From Lama guanicoe (Eukaryota): a DNA stretch of 64,000 nt. Under the pieces are notes generated by a model. The model had not been told where the DNA came from. It was given only the letters and a program-made list of their open reading frames with translations, and searched no databases. Of the stretch, positions 13,140 to 27,275 are shown piece by piece. Position 1 is the stretch's first letter. Each line of letters begins with the position of its first letter. The stretch lies in NCBI GenBank assembly GCA_013239625.1, contig MU057344.1, positions 13,103,276 to 13,167,275 on the forward strand, given 5' to 3'. The translations under genes and the position numbers were made by a program.

Positions 13140-13960
13140 AAAGTTCTGCTTACAGACTTCCAGTGACAGGGAACTCACTACATTCCCAAGGTAAACATCT
13201 CCACTTTGACCAATTCAAATAGTTCTCTCTGGGCCCGAGAGAAAACTTCTACCTACTGCCTTCAGGAATCACGTAAAACTAGAATGTAATGCCCCTTCCT
13301 CATGTGGTCTTTTTTTTTTTTTTAATTGAAGTATGGTTGAGTTACAATATTGTGTTAGTTTCAGGTATACAGCAAAATGATTCAGTTACACATATATTTT
13401 TCAGATTATTTTCCTTTATAGATTATCACACCATACTGATACAGTTCCCTGTGTTGTATGTTACACAGTAAATCCTTGTTGCTTATCTATTTTACATAGT
13501 CCTTTCAAATATGTAAAGATGGTTTACGAACTCTTGTCTGGCATTTCTGTCCTTACAATTAATCTACCTAAGACATGATTTTAAGGTCCCGTACCTTGGT
13601 TATGCTCCTCCTCAAGGGAATGAGAGCAGAAGTCAATGCCCCGACTGCACATCAACCCCTGAGCAGCACAGCCAAGCACGTCGCTGGGAGCCGAGGCCAC
13701 TTCTCCATCCAGAGGTGCAAACCACACCTCACTCATACTGACACGTACCGAGCTCGCAGTCATCTCAGACAAAGTATTTCTTCTTATGTGTTGTCATGAA
13801 ATTGTCTCCCACATCCTATACTTTTGGGAACTTGGTATACTGGACCTGAGAATACTACTTTCCACTCAAATCTGTTATGTTTAAGTCTCACAGACATGGC
13901 TGTACCATTTCAATCTATCTTTCGGGATTCTGAATTTATTGCCATCCGTGCCCTAGCCAA
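13140..13960. mobile_element. Degenerate L3/CR1 LINE, interrupted by an L1 tail
   Basis: cttccagtgacagggaactcactacattcccaagg resembles mammalian L3, and degenerate CR1-like sequence continues after 13500. Boundaries approximate. Confidence 0.45.
13310..13497 (-). mobile_element. 5'-truncated L1 3' tail with poly(A) (ungulate-type)
   Basis: T-run followed by aattgaagtatggttgagttacaatattgtgttagtttcaggtatacagcaaaatgattcagtt...ttttcagatt, the reverse complement of a cetartiodactyl-like L1 3' end. Confidence 0.85.
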
Positions 13961-16900
13961 ACCACCCTTCCTTGGAGGTCTTTACCTCCAAGGGAATATA
14001 TGGTGTATATGGGAATATACATCAAAGTCGGTGCGATCCAAATAAGGATCCAGCCAAGCTCCAAGCTGTGTGCACCAGTTCTCTGAGCCAATTCCGAGAC
14101 TTTCCAGAAAGATCAGTGTCGGCTGCAGGAAAGACTCTGGGGAGATGGATGGTCAGCTTGGAAGGACGGCTACGGTCTGGACACTCCTGTCAAACCGCGG
14201 GACAGTGCGAAAGTGGGAACGCCCAGTCTTGATTCTGCCCGAAGAGAAGGAGCCGGTTAGGGGAGGTGGGAAAGACAAGGGAACACAGGAAGTGGGCTTC
14301 GCTGAAATGCCAAATGCAGGGTTCAGACTGAAAAATTTTTAAATGTCAGTGCAATTAAAACAAATGATCCCTCCACTATCCACTGCCAAGCTAGGAACAC
14401 TGGACCTGGGAGAGGATGAGAGCCGTAGGAGTCTATGATATCTCACTCCCCTACTCTGTGTCCCTCTGTGACATACGTGGTCTCATTAAAGAGAAGCAAG
14501 ACCTGGAATAAACAGTCACGAGGGACACTCTTCACTGTGACCGGCTGGCGCTTGGTCACAACAGTAAGGAGGAGGTCACGTGGGTGCTCATTCAAACAGA
14601 AGCTCCCGTGCTTACGGCTGATTTTAAGGCAAAGACGGGACAATAAAACCCAGAGGCAGAGCCATTCTACTTTCAGCTGAGGTTCTGTCCCCAATCTCTT
14701 TTTGTTTCCTCCCAGCCTGAAAAAGAAAATAAAATCCCCAGCTACCAGTAGTTTGTTTTTCTGATCATCCTTAACATCCTTCAGACATTAAAAGGCACCT
14801 GGCACCCACAAGTGGTAACAATTCAACTCCACCCCAGGAAAAAAGAAAACTCTCCAATTGGCTTGGAGGAGCATCTAAAACCTGGCCTCCCTGTTCGCGG
14901 TACAGACCAACATTCTCTTTTTGTAGGCTCCAGGCTGGCCATCAAGAAGCTAAGTGTATCCCGTCCGACAGGACATGGGTGCTGCCCCGTGGGGACAGCT
15001 TCTGGGAAGCCCATGGGAGCTACAGAAGGCAGGCTGACAGCCCAAATCACGAGGGCTTGGAAAACATGGGTTCTCCTCTCCACACTGGTGTACCAGCCTC
15101 CCCTTCAAGCCGCATCTGTAAAACCACTGCGGGGAGGCTCCAGGAAGAGCAGAGGAAATGGCGGAGCCTGGCACGGAGCAAGCGCACAGCCACCAGAGGC
15201 TGCGAGGTGGTGTCATAAGGCCGTCTCTGGGCTGAGAAGGGGAGATCTCCCTTCTCCTGACTTTGCCGTGTTCTCAGCTGCCAACAGAACAAGGTCCTGC
15301 GTGCTCTGTGAGCGCGGTCCCATACCCTCAGCCCTGGGGGCGAGAGTGGGCTCTGGGCAAAACAGAGAATGAGAGCAAGGCCTCGCTGTGGGCTGGCCAC
15401 GCCCAGATGTGACTGATGCCACATCACCCTCATCTGTGTGTTGGGACCAGCTGTTTCCACCACGGTTTTCGGAATGAGTCCCAGAGTCTGCCACAGCCAT
15501 GGGACAGGTATTCTCAGAAATTCCATCCAGCACACGCAGGTGCAACAATTCCAGAGCAAACATACCAATTGGCTTAGGCATGTGCGACTTTAATGCCAGT
15601 TGCACTTAGAAGTGCACATCTGGACGGCGGCTGCACTTTATAGCCTCTCTTTACAAGGTTTTTGTTTTTTTACTTCAAGAGGAATAATGAAGGCCTCTCT
15701 GGAAACAATGGTGCTGCTGCAGGGGCTGCCAAGCTAGCTTGGGATTAGACCCAACCGTCCTCACCTCGCACCTCTGAAGCATCCTCTGCCTCTCTGACTA
15801 CCCACGGAAATGCTGCGACCCTGCTTAGACCACCTCAGGACAACGTGGATGGTCAAGGTCTTCTGGAGTTTCAAAGTCATCACCATCGTCCAAGAGCTGC
15901 CATTTTTGAGAATCCAGTTTGTATCGAGGCTTTGCTATGTTATTTTACAGTTAAGATCGTGCAAACCCAGAGAGAGAAAGGAATGCACCCGAGTTACAAA
16001 GGTGAGAAATGGGGTGCTGGCTGCCCCAGAGCCATGTCCTGTTCCCATTCCAGGCTGCCTGCCATCTTGAGACCCCCCCAGCTGTGGTTGGGGGTACCAT
16101 AGGGAATGCAGGTGGGTAGGCTAGGCCTCAGGGGGCCCTGGTTCAGCCTGTGGGGTTAAATTTAGGTAAGTTCTCTCTCACACACACACACACACGCACA
16201 CCCCCACCACCACCACACCACTGTACACAATGCTGCCTCAAGGTGGAGGAGAATGTCTGGGAAGGAAGGAAGGGGTGCACTGAGTGGCCAGGAGTCTGGG
16301 GCAAACACCAGGCACCCTATATCGGGAATTCTGGAAAGGAGGGTCCTCCACCTCAAGGAAGCAGCAGGGGCCTGCTGGCTGGACCTTTTTAAGACTACCC
16401 ATCCTTGATACTTCCACCCAGCAGCATCCCAGGAGCACAGGGTGCCTGGCAGGACGAGGGAGCTCCACCACCAGAGGGAGCTGGTCCTCCCTTCACCCCG
16501 ACACGTGGAATCACACAACCCCAAGTGTGACTGTGTGCCATGTGGGGACAGAAACCCAAGAATTCTGGAGGAACCAGAGTCCCTGATGCTGACTCAGGAG
16601 ATCCTGTTTGTAAATGAACTTGTTTTCCTCACACTCCTATTTTCCATTTAACTTTCTTCCAGCAGATGAGATGCAGACAGTGCACGCCAGGACAACCGAA
16701 CCCTGGGTGCAAACTTAGGATGCCAGGCAAAGGGGACCAACATGGACGCTCCTGTCACTGCCCTCGAGGCTGGGGGGCAACAGGCAGCTTGTCTGGACCC
16801 CCTCTTCACGGGCTCTAGAAACTGCAGCAGACAACCCTGCTTCAGAGCAGGGCTCATGGAAGAGCTGAAACTTACAGCTTGGGTTGAGCAGGAAGAAACT

Positions 16901-19900
16901 CATCCGACTTCCCGGACAATGGACCGGGCTTCTTTCGACACGCCTCCCACTTAATCAAAACAGCGCAGCTGAGGTGACCCGGGGTCTCTCCATCAGCTAC
17001 TCCCAGCACTCTCACGCCAGCCCAAGACTGTGGCAGCTGAAGGCCCAGGGCAGACAGGGAAGGGTCTCAGAGGCCCTCTGTACGCATGGCTGAAGATACA
17101 AGTAATATACGTGGAAACCCAAACACTAATTACACTGCCGACAAGCTGGACGCCAGACACGACTTCCCAGCCTTTACCCTGCTGTCCCCAGAGCACAGGA
17201 TGTGTAGCAAGTGGTGCCTGGGGCAGGATCCTGCAGGAGTCCCTTGGATGTGGAAGAGGCCCTCCACCTCTGGGCAAGGGCACCATGAGCCACCCAGACC
17301 CACCTGAAGGGGCAGGCGGTGGGGGCAGATAAGCCGGACCAGACGGTCCAGGTTTCGCCCACTCCCGAACTCTCCTGAACAATTCTGTTACCTTCCACGC
17401 GCCCAGCTCAGCATTTCCACCCACTTCCCAGTGGGGTTCCGACTTCTGAAACCAGAGGTAACTTGGTCTGGCTGTTTGTGGTGGTGGACACACTGGGTAA
17501 CCCCAAACAAGTCCCGCTCAGCCACAGCAGAGGGAGGGTACTTAGGAAGTAGCCAGACTAAGAGAAGTCCAGTCAGGGTCTTTTACTCCCGGCCCCTCCG
17601 ATCTAGCCTCCAAACGGCTCACGGAGGAGCTCCTTAGGATGTGTGTCAGAGCTTCCTGTGTCCCCTGGGACCCTTCAGACCCCTCCCGACGCGCCGAGGA
17701 CGACACCAAGCCCACGCCTGACAAGGGCCTGTGCGCTGCTCCCCACCGCCCACGTCCTGCTCGGCCTTCACTCAACAGCCACACAGCTCAGAGGGCCACC
17801 TCCACTGCCCCTCTGCGCCAGGGTACATGGCCCGGCCCGGCTCCCCAAGACCACCCGCAGTTTCACAATTGCAGTGGAAGGAGACAGGGCAGAAGCAGCC
17901 CAGGGAACCAGGCGTGAACTTCCAGGAGCCCTCCCAGTGGAGTCACACAAGGCCTAATTCCGCCACCAATGCGCCATGACCGCATGTAAGGTGCTGTCTC
18001 CACGGAAGCTCCTTGGAGGCCGCGTGCCCAGGGACCGCACTGGTGAGCACCCTCTACCTTGCACACAGCAGGGTTCCAGACTCCAGAAGGGAGGGTGGAG
18101 TTCAGCATAAACCATAGCGTTTGCATGAACAGCTTACACACTGTGACCATTCCTAATCAGGGAATGGAAGGAAATGGCCAAAATCTCAGTTCCCAGATGC
18201 CCAAGGAACAACCCTGCAAGGACAGCGGTCCCAGGTCCGCTCAGATAATGCTATTCCAAGCAGGGGCAAGCTCACCACAGACAACCCACGGTCCCTCCCC
18301 CAGCCACCACTGCCGACACTCTTCCCTACCCTAGTGCCTGGCTTTTGGTCCTTCACAGCACTTGTCACGTTGTGCAAGTCTTTTGCTCATATGTTTGCAC
18401 CTCATCACCCCATTAAGCCCCATGAGGGCAGGGGCCCCGCCTGACCCGCCCCCACAACGCCCCCAGTGCTCAGAGCACAGCCGGGCCTCAGGAAGTATTT
18501 GTGGGTGGATCATAAAAAAGTCCTCTCTCCCGTCACCACAGTGGGAACAACTTCACTTCACTTTTGGAACAGACTTACTCAAGGTCTCCCTGTAGTCTAG
18601 TGGCAGAGCCCCGACCAGAACCTGATGCCTCCTAACATGGCTGGTGACGTCACACAGCCTGCTGTCTCCCCACTTACGCACCAGAGCCACCCCACGGCCA
18701 CAAGCATAAATGCTCCGAACATAAGACATCCACACAGGTGACTGCTGCAAAAGCAGAATTCTGTTATGCGTGAAGGTCTAATGGACAGCATGGTGCAAGG
18801 TGAGCCTCAGGAACAGACCTCACCAACTGCCCCCTCAACCCCTTGGATGGGCAGTGGTACCCTGCCAATAAATAAGGAGACAGAGGCTCAGAAAAGTCAA
18901 CCGACTTGCTCATAGTCTGTGAGTAATGACAGAACAGAGAATCAAGACCAAGTCTCTCCGAAAGCCCTGCTCCTCCCCACTCTGCTGGGGTCAGAGACTC
19001 CCGCTGCGAGGTGTCTGTGCCTCCCATCTTAGTGGCTCCACCCACCATCAGGTACCTGCTTCCCAGACTTCTGCTACTCCTACTTCAGCAGAAAAACTCC
19101 CGCTGCCACCTGCTATTCCCACCAGCACCAGAACACTAAAACTCCCCAGGCCCGATGCTCACATCCGAGGAAGGGGTAGCCCCTAGGAGCCCAGGATCCA
19201 AGGTCTGAGAAGGCAGCTGGGAACACGGAGTTTCAAAAACCAAGGAAACCAAGGCAACAAACTTTTCCACACGGAAATATGGATGTCCTGCTCTTGCTGG
19301 GCCACAGTTGCTCAAATGTCATCTGACAGAGGCACGGAGAACGGAAGGAAGGAGCAGAAACACCCCCAACTGCAAGGTGGCCCCAGAGCGGGGAGAGGAG
19401 GCAGGGAGCAGGAGGAAGGCCATCTGCCAAGCATCCTGGCCGCTGCTGGAGAGGCGCGTGGGCTCTGGGACTGCCACAGGGACGCCAGCCTTGTTTCTCT
19501 CTGTAAACTTCTTCCAGACAAGGAGGACTGATTAGAAACCTAATTAAAGCTTTTGAAGATTATCTCAGACCCGAAGCAAGGAAGAACACAAAATGCCTTC
19601 CCGCCCCACTCCTCCACCCCCCAGACTCTGGCCTTCATTAAGCTTTGATTTCAATCAATTGCACACCCACTGAAATTAACTTATAAAGCCAATAAATTGC
19701 AACCGCATGTTTGAAGGTATTATCTGCTGCAAGCCAAAAGCCAAGGATCGCAGAGCATGGGGCAAGATGTCTAGCACAGATGGGAGTAATCATCTCTGAA
19801 AGAGAGCAGTGCCAGCCCCTTCGGTTAGAACATCTGGTCTCAGCAGAACCCGGGCGGACAGAGGCAATGGCGAGAGCCAGGGTGAAAGCCAGAGTGGGGA

Positions 19901-22900
19901 GGGTTTCCTATCTTCTTTGGGAACCTGAAAACTCAAAAGCACCGATCCTGGAGCTCATGGCAGCCAACTGGCGGCTCACACTGCAAATAAGATGTTTCTC
20001 TGGCAGCTGTAAGTGCCTACCCTACGTGGAAGGCCCCACTGCTAAGTCTCTCCCAAGAAAGATGCATGCTTACGTCAAGTGATTAAGTTTTGTGACTGAT
20101 GAGCTACCCTAGGCTTGGGCCTAAAAGGTCCAGACAACTCTGCTGAGAAAGGGGTGATCCTGTGAGCCAGCCACCCAAGAGCTGGCCCCTTCTGTTACTT
20201 CTCCCTACTCCCCAGGGGCTAACTGAGCCAGGCCCATGAATTAGTTAGAAAACCACCCTGGGGCTTGGGAGAGATGTTGACGACCAGGGTGGGATAGCTT
20301 GAGGAAGGGAAGTGATGGTGTTCAAGACAAGTAGATCATGACCCCGCGCAGCCCCAGCACGCCAGCAAGACGTGCCTGTCGTCTCCGAAGCCTTTTCAGC
20401 AGACTATCTTATTCTAAAATCTTATCTTATTCACAAGGCTGTCTGACTTGTGCTATCAACAGTTGCTTAATAGTTATTCTCTTGGGGAAAACTCGCCGCC
20501 ATGATCCCTTTCCACAGCTCTGGCGATGGCAAAGAAGGAAATCCATAAATGTGGGAGGGCCTGGAGGGTGGGAGGGTGAGAACGTGGCAGGGAGCTGGGA
20601 GGAGTGGGGGAAACAAGGAACCGGTGGGCTTCAAAGGAAGACATGCAACTCACCTCCCTGGGCCCCTACTCACCTCTTGCCCACCTTGGGGAAGGAGTTA
20701 TGCCCCCAACTGCTGGCACTTTAAAGCCATGATGGAGAAATGCCAGGCACAGGAGAGGCGGGGGACGGTACATCCCTATCGGGGTCGCAAGCCAGAGGGC
20801 CTGCTAGTCAATCCATTCCCGGCCCAGCTCCCTCACTCTGACCATACTAACCCCATGTGCTGATAATTTATTCTAATTTCCTACAAAGTCAAAACCTTCA
20901 CAGACCCAGGGATCAAAGCCCAGAGCCCGAGGACAGAAGCCAAGGCTTTCCCTCAGGATGCTGGGGAAGCAGCTTTTATCTCTCATGGCAGAGAGAGGCC
21001 TCTGGGGGCAGCGAGCACAGCCTCTCTGGAGGGCCTAGGGTGGCTCTAGGCCGCCTGGCACGACCAACACAGGAGGAAGGGGAACCAGGAAGCTGTATTC
21101 ATTCCTGTGCACACAGACATACAACAAAAAACACCCCCAGGTTTAGCCTTAAGGTGTGAGCCAATGAGGGTGCTGGAGAGGGCAGTGGCAGGAAGGGGCA
21201 CCTCATGTCTCTGTTTTCTATTTTTCTTTTGTCAAATCTCCAACCATTCAGAAGATGAAGACAAATCTGTGTGTGAGCTGAGTTTGGTGCAGCCTTCCTG
21301 GTACAGAGCGAGAGTCCTTCCTGCTCACAGTCTTGGAACAAGAAGTCCCTGAAGGCTCCTTACAGCACAGCGCTCACTACAACACAAGGGGATTCTAAGC
21401 CCGATGGCTGGAGTCAGGCAGCTTTCAGACATTTGAGGGAGTCACTGGTCTTAAGGCCAGAACACAAGCCACACCCAGATCTAACTCTGCACTCCATCAG
21501 GATCCGGCATTCAGACACACCTGGGCATCAGGGATTAAAGTCAGGGATAGCACCGGGGATGGGCCTGCTCATCACGGTCCTCAATCCCTGGGGGCGCAGG
21601 CCGAGCCCCACTTTGAAGCAGGGAGCCCCGGAGAGTCTGTCCTCCCCGGGGAAGCAGCCACTCCCCTCCTCTGGCATAGTGGTCTGGCCGAGGCTCCGAG
21701 CACCTCTCGGCAGGCCCAGGACGCAGGCCATCTTCCCTGCCCTTTGGGCAGCAGCTCAGACAAGAGCCAGCAGACATGAGGCCACATTAAGGGTGAAGCC
21801 TCCCCTCAGAGTGATCTTTGCCTGAGCCCTTCTGTTGACGTGAAAGGAAGGCAGGTGGCAGAATCCATGGAGGAGCCCTGTGGCTTCCTTCACTGGGGTG
21901 ACAGCCAAAGAGCCTTCCTGCCTACGGGAACAGGCCCCTTCATCCCGTGGAACAATCTGGTCCCTAGAAAACCTGGAGTAACCACTGGCCGGTGCTGCTC
22001 AAGGCAGAGACAGGGCCTCTGAGCCCCTGGCTGACCTCCCTCTGCTCCGGAATCACGGGGAGGGGAGTTCAGGCTCTGGGCCCTACCAAGGTCACTGACA
22101 TGGCCGCCAACAACTCTCGGGGCACTGTGACAACGGTAACTTCCGGAGGTGAGTGAGGGACCAAGACAGGGGAGGGAGGGAGGAAGAAAAAGGAGACTTG
22201 ATTCATAATCATTAGGCCAAAAACGAGCTGGCTCATCGTGTGTGGTCCAGCTGGGAAAATGCTCCTCACTTACGGCCTCAGTGGAGTGTCCTCAGAACTC
22301 TGATAAAACTGGGTGCTTTGAAACTGAAGACTGGCTGCCCAATGACAGCTCTAACTGCCATCCCTTGGTGGCCTGTGGCTGCTGTCACACGGGGAGAACT
22401 GAGCCCCCCCTGCGTCCCTCACATACTGGGGAATGAAGGGCCTCCTGCCCGTCTCTGTGGGTGCCACCAGAGGCCTTGCACCCTCTCCTCCCCCTGTGAA
22501 GAGCACACTGATGCTGCTGGGGACAGAATGGAAACCCCTGGCTGGCACTCCACTCTACAGACTGTACCAGAGCCTTAGGGTCTGGCTTGTCCAGTTAGAA
22601 CCCCACTGGGAGCAGGAAGCTGTCCTGTCACCACCTCCCAACCTCCCCGCAGGTCAGCTCACCTGTGTAGGCCCAGGCCCAGGCACAAAGAAACACAGGT
22701 CATTAAGGCTTCAAAGCCACCTTCAAAGTGGACATCTGCCCAGGCCAAGGAGCCTTCTCAGGAGGCAGTGCAGAGTTCGACCCAGGGTACCAGCCCCAGC
22801 TCTCGCTGTTTTCTAGCAGGTTAACCTGCTTGAGAACTTCTCTGAGCACCGCTTTCATCATCTGTTAAATGAGGAAACTCCCACTTACCCACAGTCACTG

Positions 22901-23204
22901 TAAGGATCGGGGCACACACCTAAGACTGACCACGTGTCATTATACGTGAGAACCAGCGAGACAGGAGAAGGAAGGAAGGAAGGAGCAAAGGCGACACTGG
23001 ACTCATCCCCAGGTCTGGTTCCAAATGGCAGCACAAGGCAACATGTCTCTATCACTTTATTTAGGAAATCACAACCCAAAGGTTTAAACCTATAGGAAAT
23101 TAGAACTAGCCTCATTCTGATCCCTGGAGAATCCAAGAGCTGCCCTGCCCTGGAGCCGCCAGCACAAGCCGCCTTCTGCCCGGACTGCTCCTTCCCCGCC
23201 CAGC

Positions 23205-23455
23205 ATCAGACCAGCTCCAGTGTCAGCTCCCTGAGAGGCATCCCCCACCCCTGCACTTAAAGTCCCCAGTCGCTCCCTGTCCCATCACCCTCCACGACAC
23301 CGACCTGTTTGCACTCATTTGTCTTCCCACAGCGGACACAGCAGGGACCTGGTCGGCTGGATTCAAGGCTGGAGCCCTAGCACTTGGTGAGCACCTGGCT
23401 CGTGGCAAATACTCAAAATGCTGGTCCAGTAAGTGAATAAATTTTGGATGCTGGA
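23205..23455 (+). mobile_element. L2 LINE 3' fragment
   Basis: agcagggacctggtc...ccctagcacttgg...cctggctcgtggcaaatactcaaaatgc...tgaat resembles the L2 3' end. Confidence 0.5.
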
Positions 23456-23484
23456 GTGAAAAGGATGATTTTATATAAAATACA

Positions 23485-23670
23485 TTTCTGGCTGTGTGAC
23501 CCTGGGCAAGTGACCTCACCTCTCTGAATCTGTTGACTCACTTATAACAAGGGGATAATCCTCTGGCACAGGCTGACATGAGGATGAAATGGGGTAAGAG
23601 CGCGAGGCGGTTAATGCCGTGCTCACAGGCACTGGCTGGTAACGGCTGTCATCTTCACTGCTATTTTAGC
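23485..23670 (+). mobile_element. MIR SINE
   Basis: ggctgtgtgaccctgggcaagtgacctcacctctctgaatc...ggggataat...gaggatgaaatg. Confidence 0.75.
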
Positions 23671-23914
23671 ATCAATATTATCACTATCACATGAAACTGA
23701 TTACATTTAGGAATTCTTATTTAGTAGTGGGATTGGCTTCTTGCCAAATGGCTGAGTAATAGACCAGAGACAACAGCAACGAGACAGACTTCTCAGCATC
23801 CCTGAAGGAGGAGCTATTCTGCAGCAGGGTGAAGTTCTAGATGGAAGAACTCTTTAAACACTAAAATTTATTCCAACTGTGAACATCAAGAATTTGTGGA
23901 AACTTCAGGAAAAT

Positions 23915-24085
23915 ATGGGCTCAAATCCTAGATCTTCACCCTTATGTCCTGTGGTGAGTCATTTAGACTCTCGGAACCTGTTTCCTCGTCTGTAAAGAAG
24001 GGAAAATCATCTCCCCCAGAGGTTCTTGAAAGGATTAAAGATAATGTCTGTAAAATATTGGCACGTGATAGATACTGAAGATAAA
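23915..24085 (+). mobile_element. MIR SINE
   Basis: gggctcaaatcctag...tgtttcctcgtctgtaaagaagggaaaat...gaaaggattaaagataatg. Confidence 0.7.
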
Positions 24086-24367
24086 GCTGATTCACACAGC
24101 TGATGCATTCAGGGGAGACTGAAATGTTCGGGGCCATTTGTTTGGGGCTTCCTCAGAGCTGTGTTTTTGCTTAAGTGTCGTGGGGTTGTTTGTTTGTGTG
24201 TCAGATTGAGAGGTGTCCCTTTTCCTCCAGAACCAGCTTCGAAAGGAAATTCTCTATTGAATGTGCTATATCAAATCTGCTGAGAACTCAACGACCACTC
24301 CAACCGTCGGCACGACGGAGACCTGCAGTTCCTGTTCGAAGTGGAACAACACCTGCTTTCGGACAAC

Positions 24368-24510
24368 AGCTCAAGAACTGGTTTTATACTTTTAAAGGAT
24401 GCTATATATACACATGAAAGAACAAAGAGAAAGTGAGAGAGACTTACGTGGCCTGCAAAGCCTAAAATGTCTACTCTCTGGCCCTTTACAGAAGTGTTTG
24501 CCAAGCCCTC
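24368..24510. mobile_element. MER58-type hAT-Charlie DNA transposon fragment
   Basis: gtggcctgcaaagcctaaaatgtctactctctggccctttacagaagtgtttgccaagccct matches the recalled MER58 terminus. Confidence 0.75.
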
Positions 24511-25367
24511 CCCCGAATGACTGAACTTGTACTAAGGTAGCATCGCGTACGTTACAGTTGTGCTGAGTTTTCAGTGTAGAACTTAACTAACAATGCGATT
24601 TCACTGACTAAGAGAACAGTGCTTCAGAGGATGAGGCTTCTCTGGAGCCTTTCCCTGCAAGGCTGATGAGGTGGCCACCCTCTGTGATGGTGCAGCAGAA
24701 AGGGGAAGAATCTAAGGAGACCCAGCGAAAGCACTTTCCAAAGCCGCGGCTGAGGCCCCCGACAACTCAGCAGTCAGCAAAATGCGAGCTCGGAGAGGGG
24801 CAGCCTAAGCCCCACTGTTTAAGGACCTCGACTCCTCCTGCCCAGCGACAGGTCCGGAAGCAGGGCCTTGAGCCCCAGGTGAGGAGTCAGGACGTGCCCT
24901 ACAGCAGAAAACCAGAGGGGCCTCGGGGGACGGAAACAGCTGGGTTTGATTCCTCACTCGGCCGCCTGCCTTGGACAGAAATACCTTAACCTTCATGAGC
25001 TTTCGTTTCTTTGTCTGAAAAATGGGGACTAAAGTGGCGACCACGTTTGTGAGGAGTGGAGACAACGTACATGAAATGCCCGGCACTGAGTTCTGCGCAA
25101 GGTGTTCAGCCCCAGCAGCACTGCTGTGACGATGAAGCAGGCGAAGAGTGCCGCCTGGGCAGGCCAGCACCTTAGCACCCAGCCACCTGCGACGGACCTG
25201 ATGACCACGCTAGCGCCCAGTACCGTGCTGTGGGTGCTCAGAACTTTTACAAGTTAGGCAAGCCAGGGGGCAGGTCCGCGGGAGACTGCCTGGCCCGGTC
25301 GTGGTCCCATCTGTGATTTACGTATGGACAAGGTGAGAGCGGCAAGGCAGAGGGCGTGTGTGACTCA

Positions 25368-25655
<288 letters not shown>

Positions 25656-25664
25656 TCACTCAGA

Positions 25665-25880
25665 CTCCACCAGACCTGGGTATGAGCCCCGGGTTCCACC
25701 TCCCACCAGCTGCGGATTTCTGACAGGTGTCTTGACTTCTCTGCACCTCCCTTTCTTCATGTGCAAACTGAGGCTACTATTTGCTTCCCACAGGGCTGTT
25801 CTGAGGAGCAAAGAAGAAAAGTACATCAAATGTCTAGACCAGAGACTGGCACACAGTAAGTGTTCAACAAATGTGACTTC
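25665..25880 (+). mobile_element. MIR SINE
   Basis: cagacctggg...ctctgcacctccctttcttcatgtgcaaactgagg...cacagggctgttctgagga...ctggcacacagtaagtgttcaacaaatg. Confidence 0.75.
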
Positions 25881-27167
25881 TCACCCTTTTCCCAATTTTC
25901 TTTTGTTTCACCGTTGTACTGACCTGCTGGCAGCTCTGGAGAAAGTTTTACTTCTCGAACACCTTCTCACACAATTAAGGATTAAGAAGAGAGCTGTCAG
26001 TTACGGAAGCAGGTGAGAGAGCTAGCCCCACGGGGAAAGGCTGATCACACGTAAGAAAGCCTGAGTTCTCCCGTGAACAGAGGACAGCTCTCCAGCCTCC
26101 GGGGACGGTGCACACACACAAGCTGCTAAGTAATGAGAACCAGCCTCACTTTTTCCAGCCCAAGAACTTGCTGCATTTTTAAAAAATGTATTCTGGCACA
26201 TCAGGAAAGCATTTAATCACAGAGAGTACTGGAAAGGGGGCTATAAGGGAAATACCTACTCATTAATTCCTACAGGTGGAGTTCAGAGAAAGAATTAAAA
26301 AGGCGAGAGAGGAAAGAACAGGAGAGGGCAATATGGGAGTTCAGACTTTTGGGCACAAACACCTCGATGTGTCCACCGTAGGAAACCCCACTACTTTTCC
26401 TGGGTTCCCTTCCTGACAACAGCACTTCACATCACTGAGGACTCGAAAGAACCTTTTGATTTGGGATTGATAGTAAGGAAGAAAAAGGTATCACCATCTC
26501 CTGGACCCCAGTTTTAACCAATTTCGTGCACAAACATCCTTCTTGGATGCCTGGCACCTACATCAGCAAATCACGTCAAGGAGGCTGGGCGTCTTCTCTG
26601 AGTCACCCTCAGGCAGGGGTCCTGGCTCTCTCGGCTACTGGTCCACAAAGGTAAGTAGGGGGAGAGTCACTGTGCTTGGTGTCCCTAAAGGGTCTCCAGG
26701 CAGCAGCTGCCCTGGCCACCTCAAAGCAGAAGGTGCCTGGAAACCCTTCTCTCCAAGCCAACTGTTCCCCGACCCCACTCACCAGTGTTCGTAGAGACTT
26801 TGCAACCATAGGGGGAAATGCTCCCTGCTGCCCTGTGGCCAGCAGCCAGCTCCTGTGGTCACATCAGACCATACACAGGCCACAGGAGAGTCGTGGGACA
26901 AGCAGGACCCCACCTGGCTTGCAGGGCAGGTGTGAAGCCAACACCGGGCTAGCCCTCCCTCCAGAGGCCTCTCCCTCCTCGAGCAGGGCTGACCTGTGTG
27001 TTCTCATTGTTCTCATCTCTCAAAACAGGGCTGCCCGACAGAACTTTTCAAAACAAATGTTCTGTCTCTGCCCTGTCCACCAGCTTCATGCGGCTCCTGA
27101 GGACTTGTGTGACTGAGGATCTGGATTTTTAATTTTATTTAATTTGAACTGATTTAGACAATCAACT

Positions 27168-27275
27168 TTAGAACCTAAGCTCCAAGAGGGCAAGAGTCTT
27201 GTCTGTCTTGCTCTCCGCTGTTTGCTCAGCACCTGGAATAGTGCCCGGCACTCAACCACATGCTCATTAAAATTT
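27168..27275 (+). mobile_element. L2 LINE 3' end
   Basis: taagctccaagagggcaagagtcttgtctgtcttgctc...cagcacctggaatagtgcccggcac...gctcattaaa. Confidence 0.75.
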
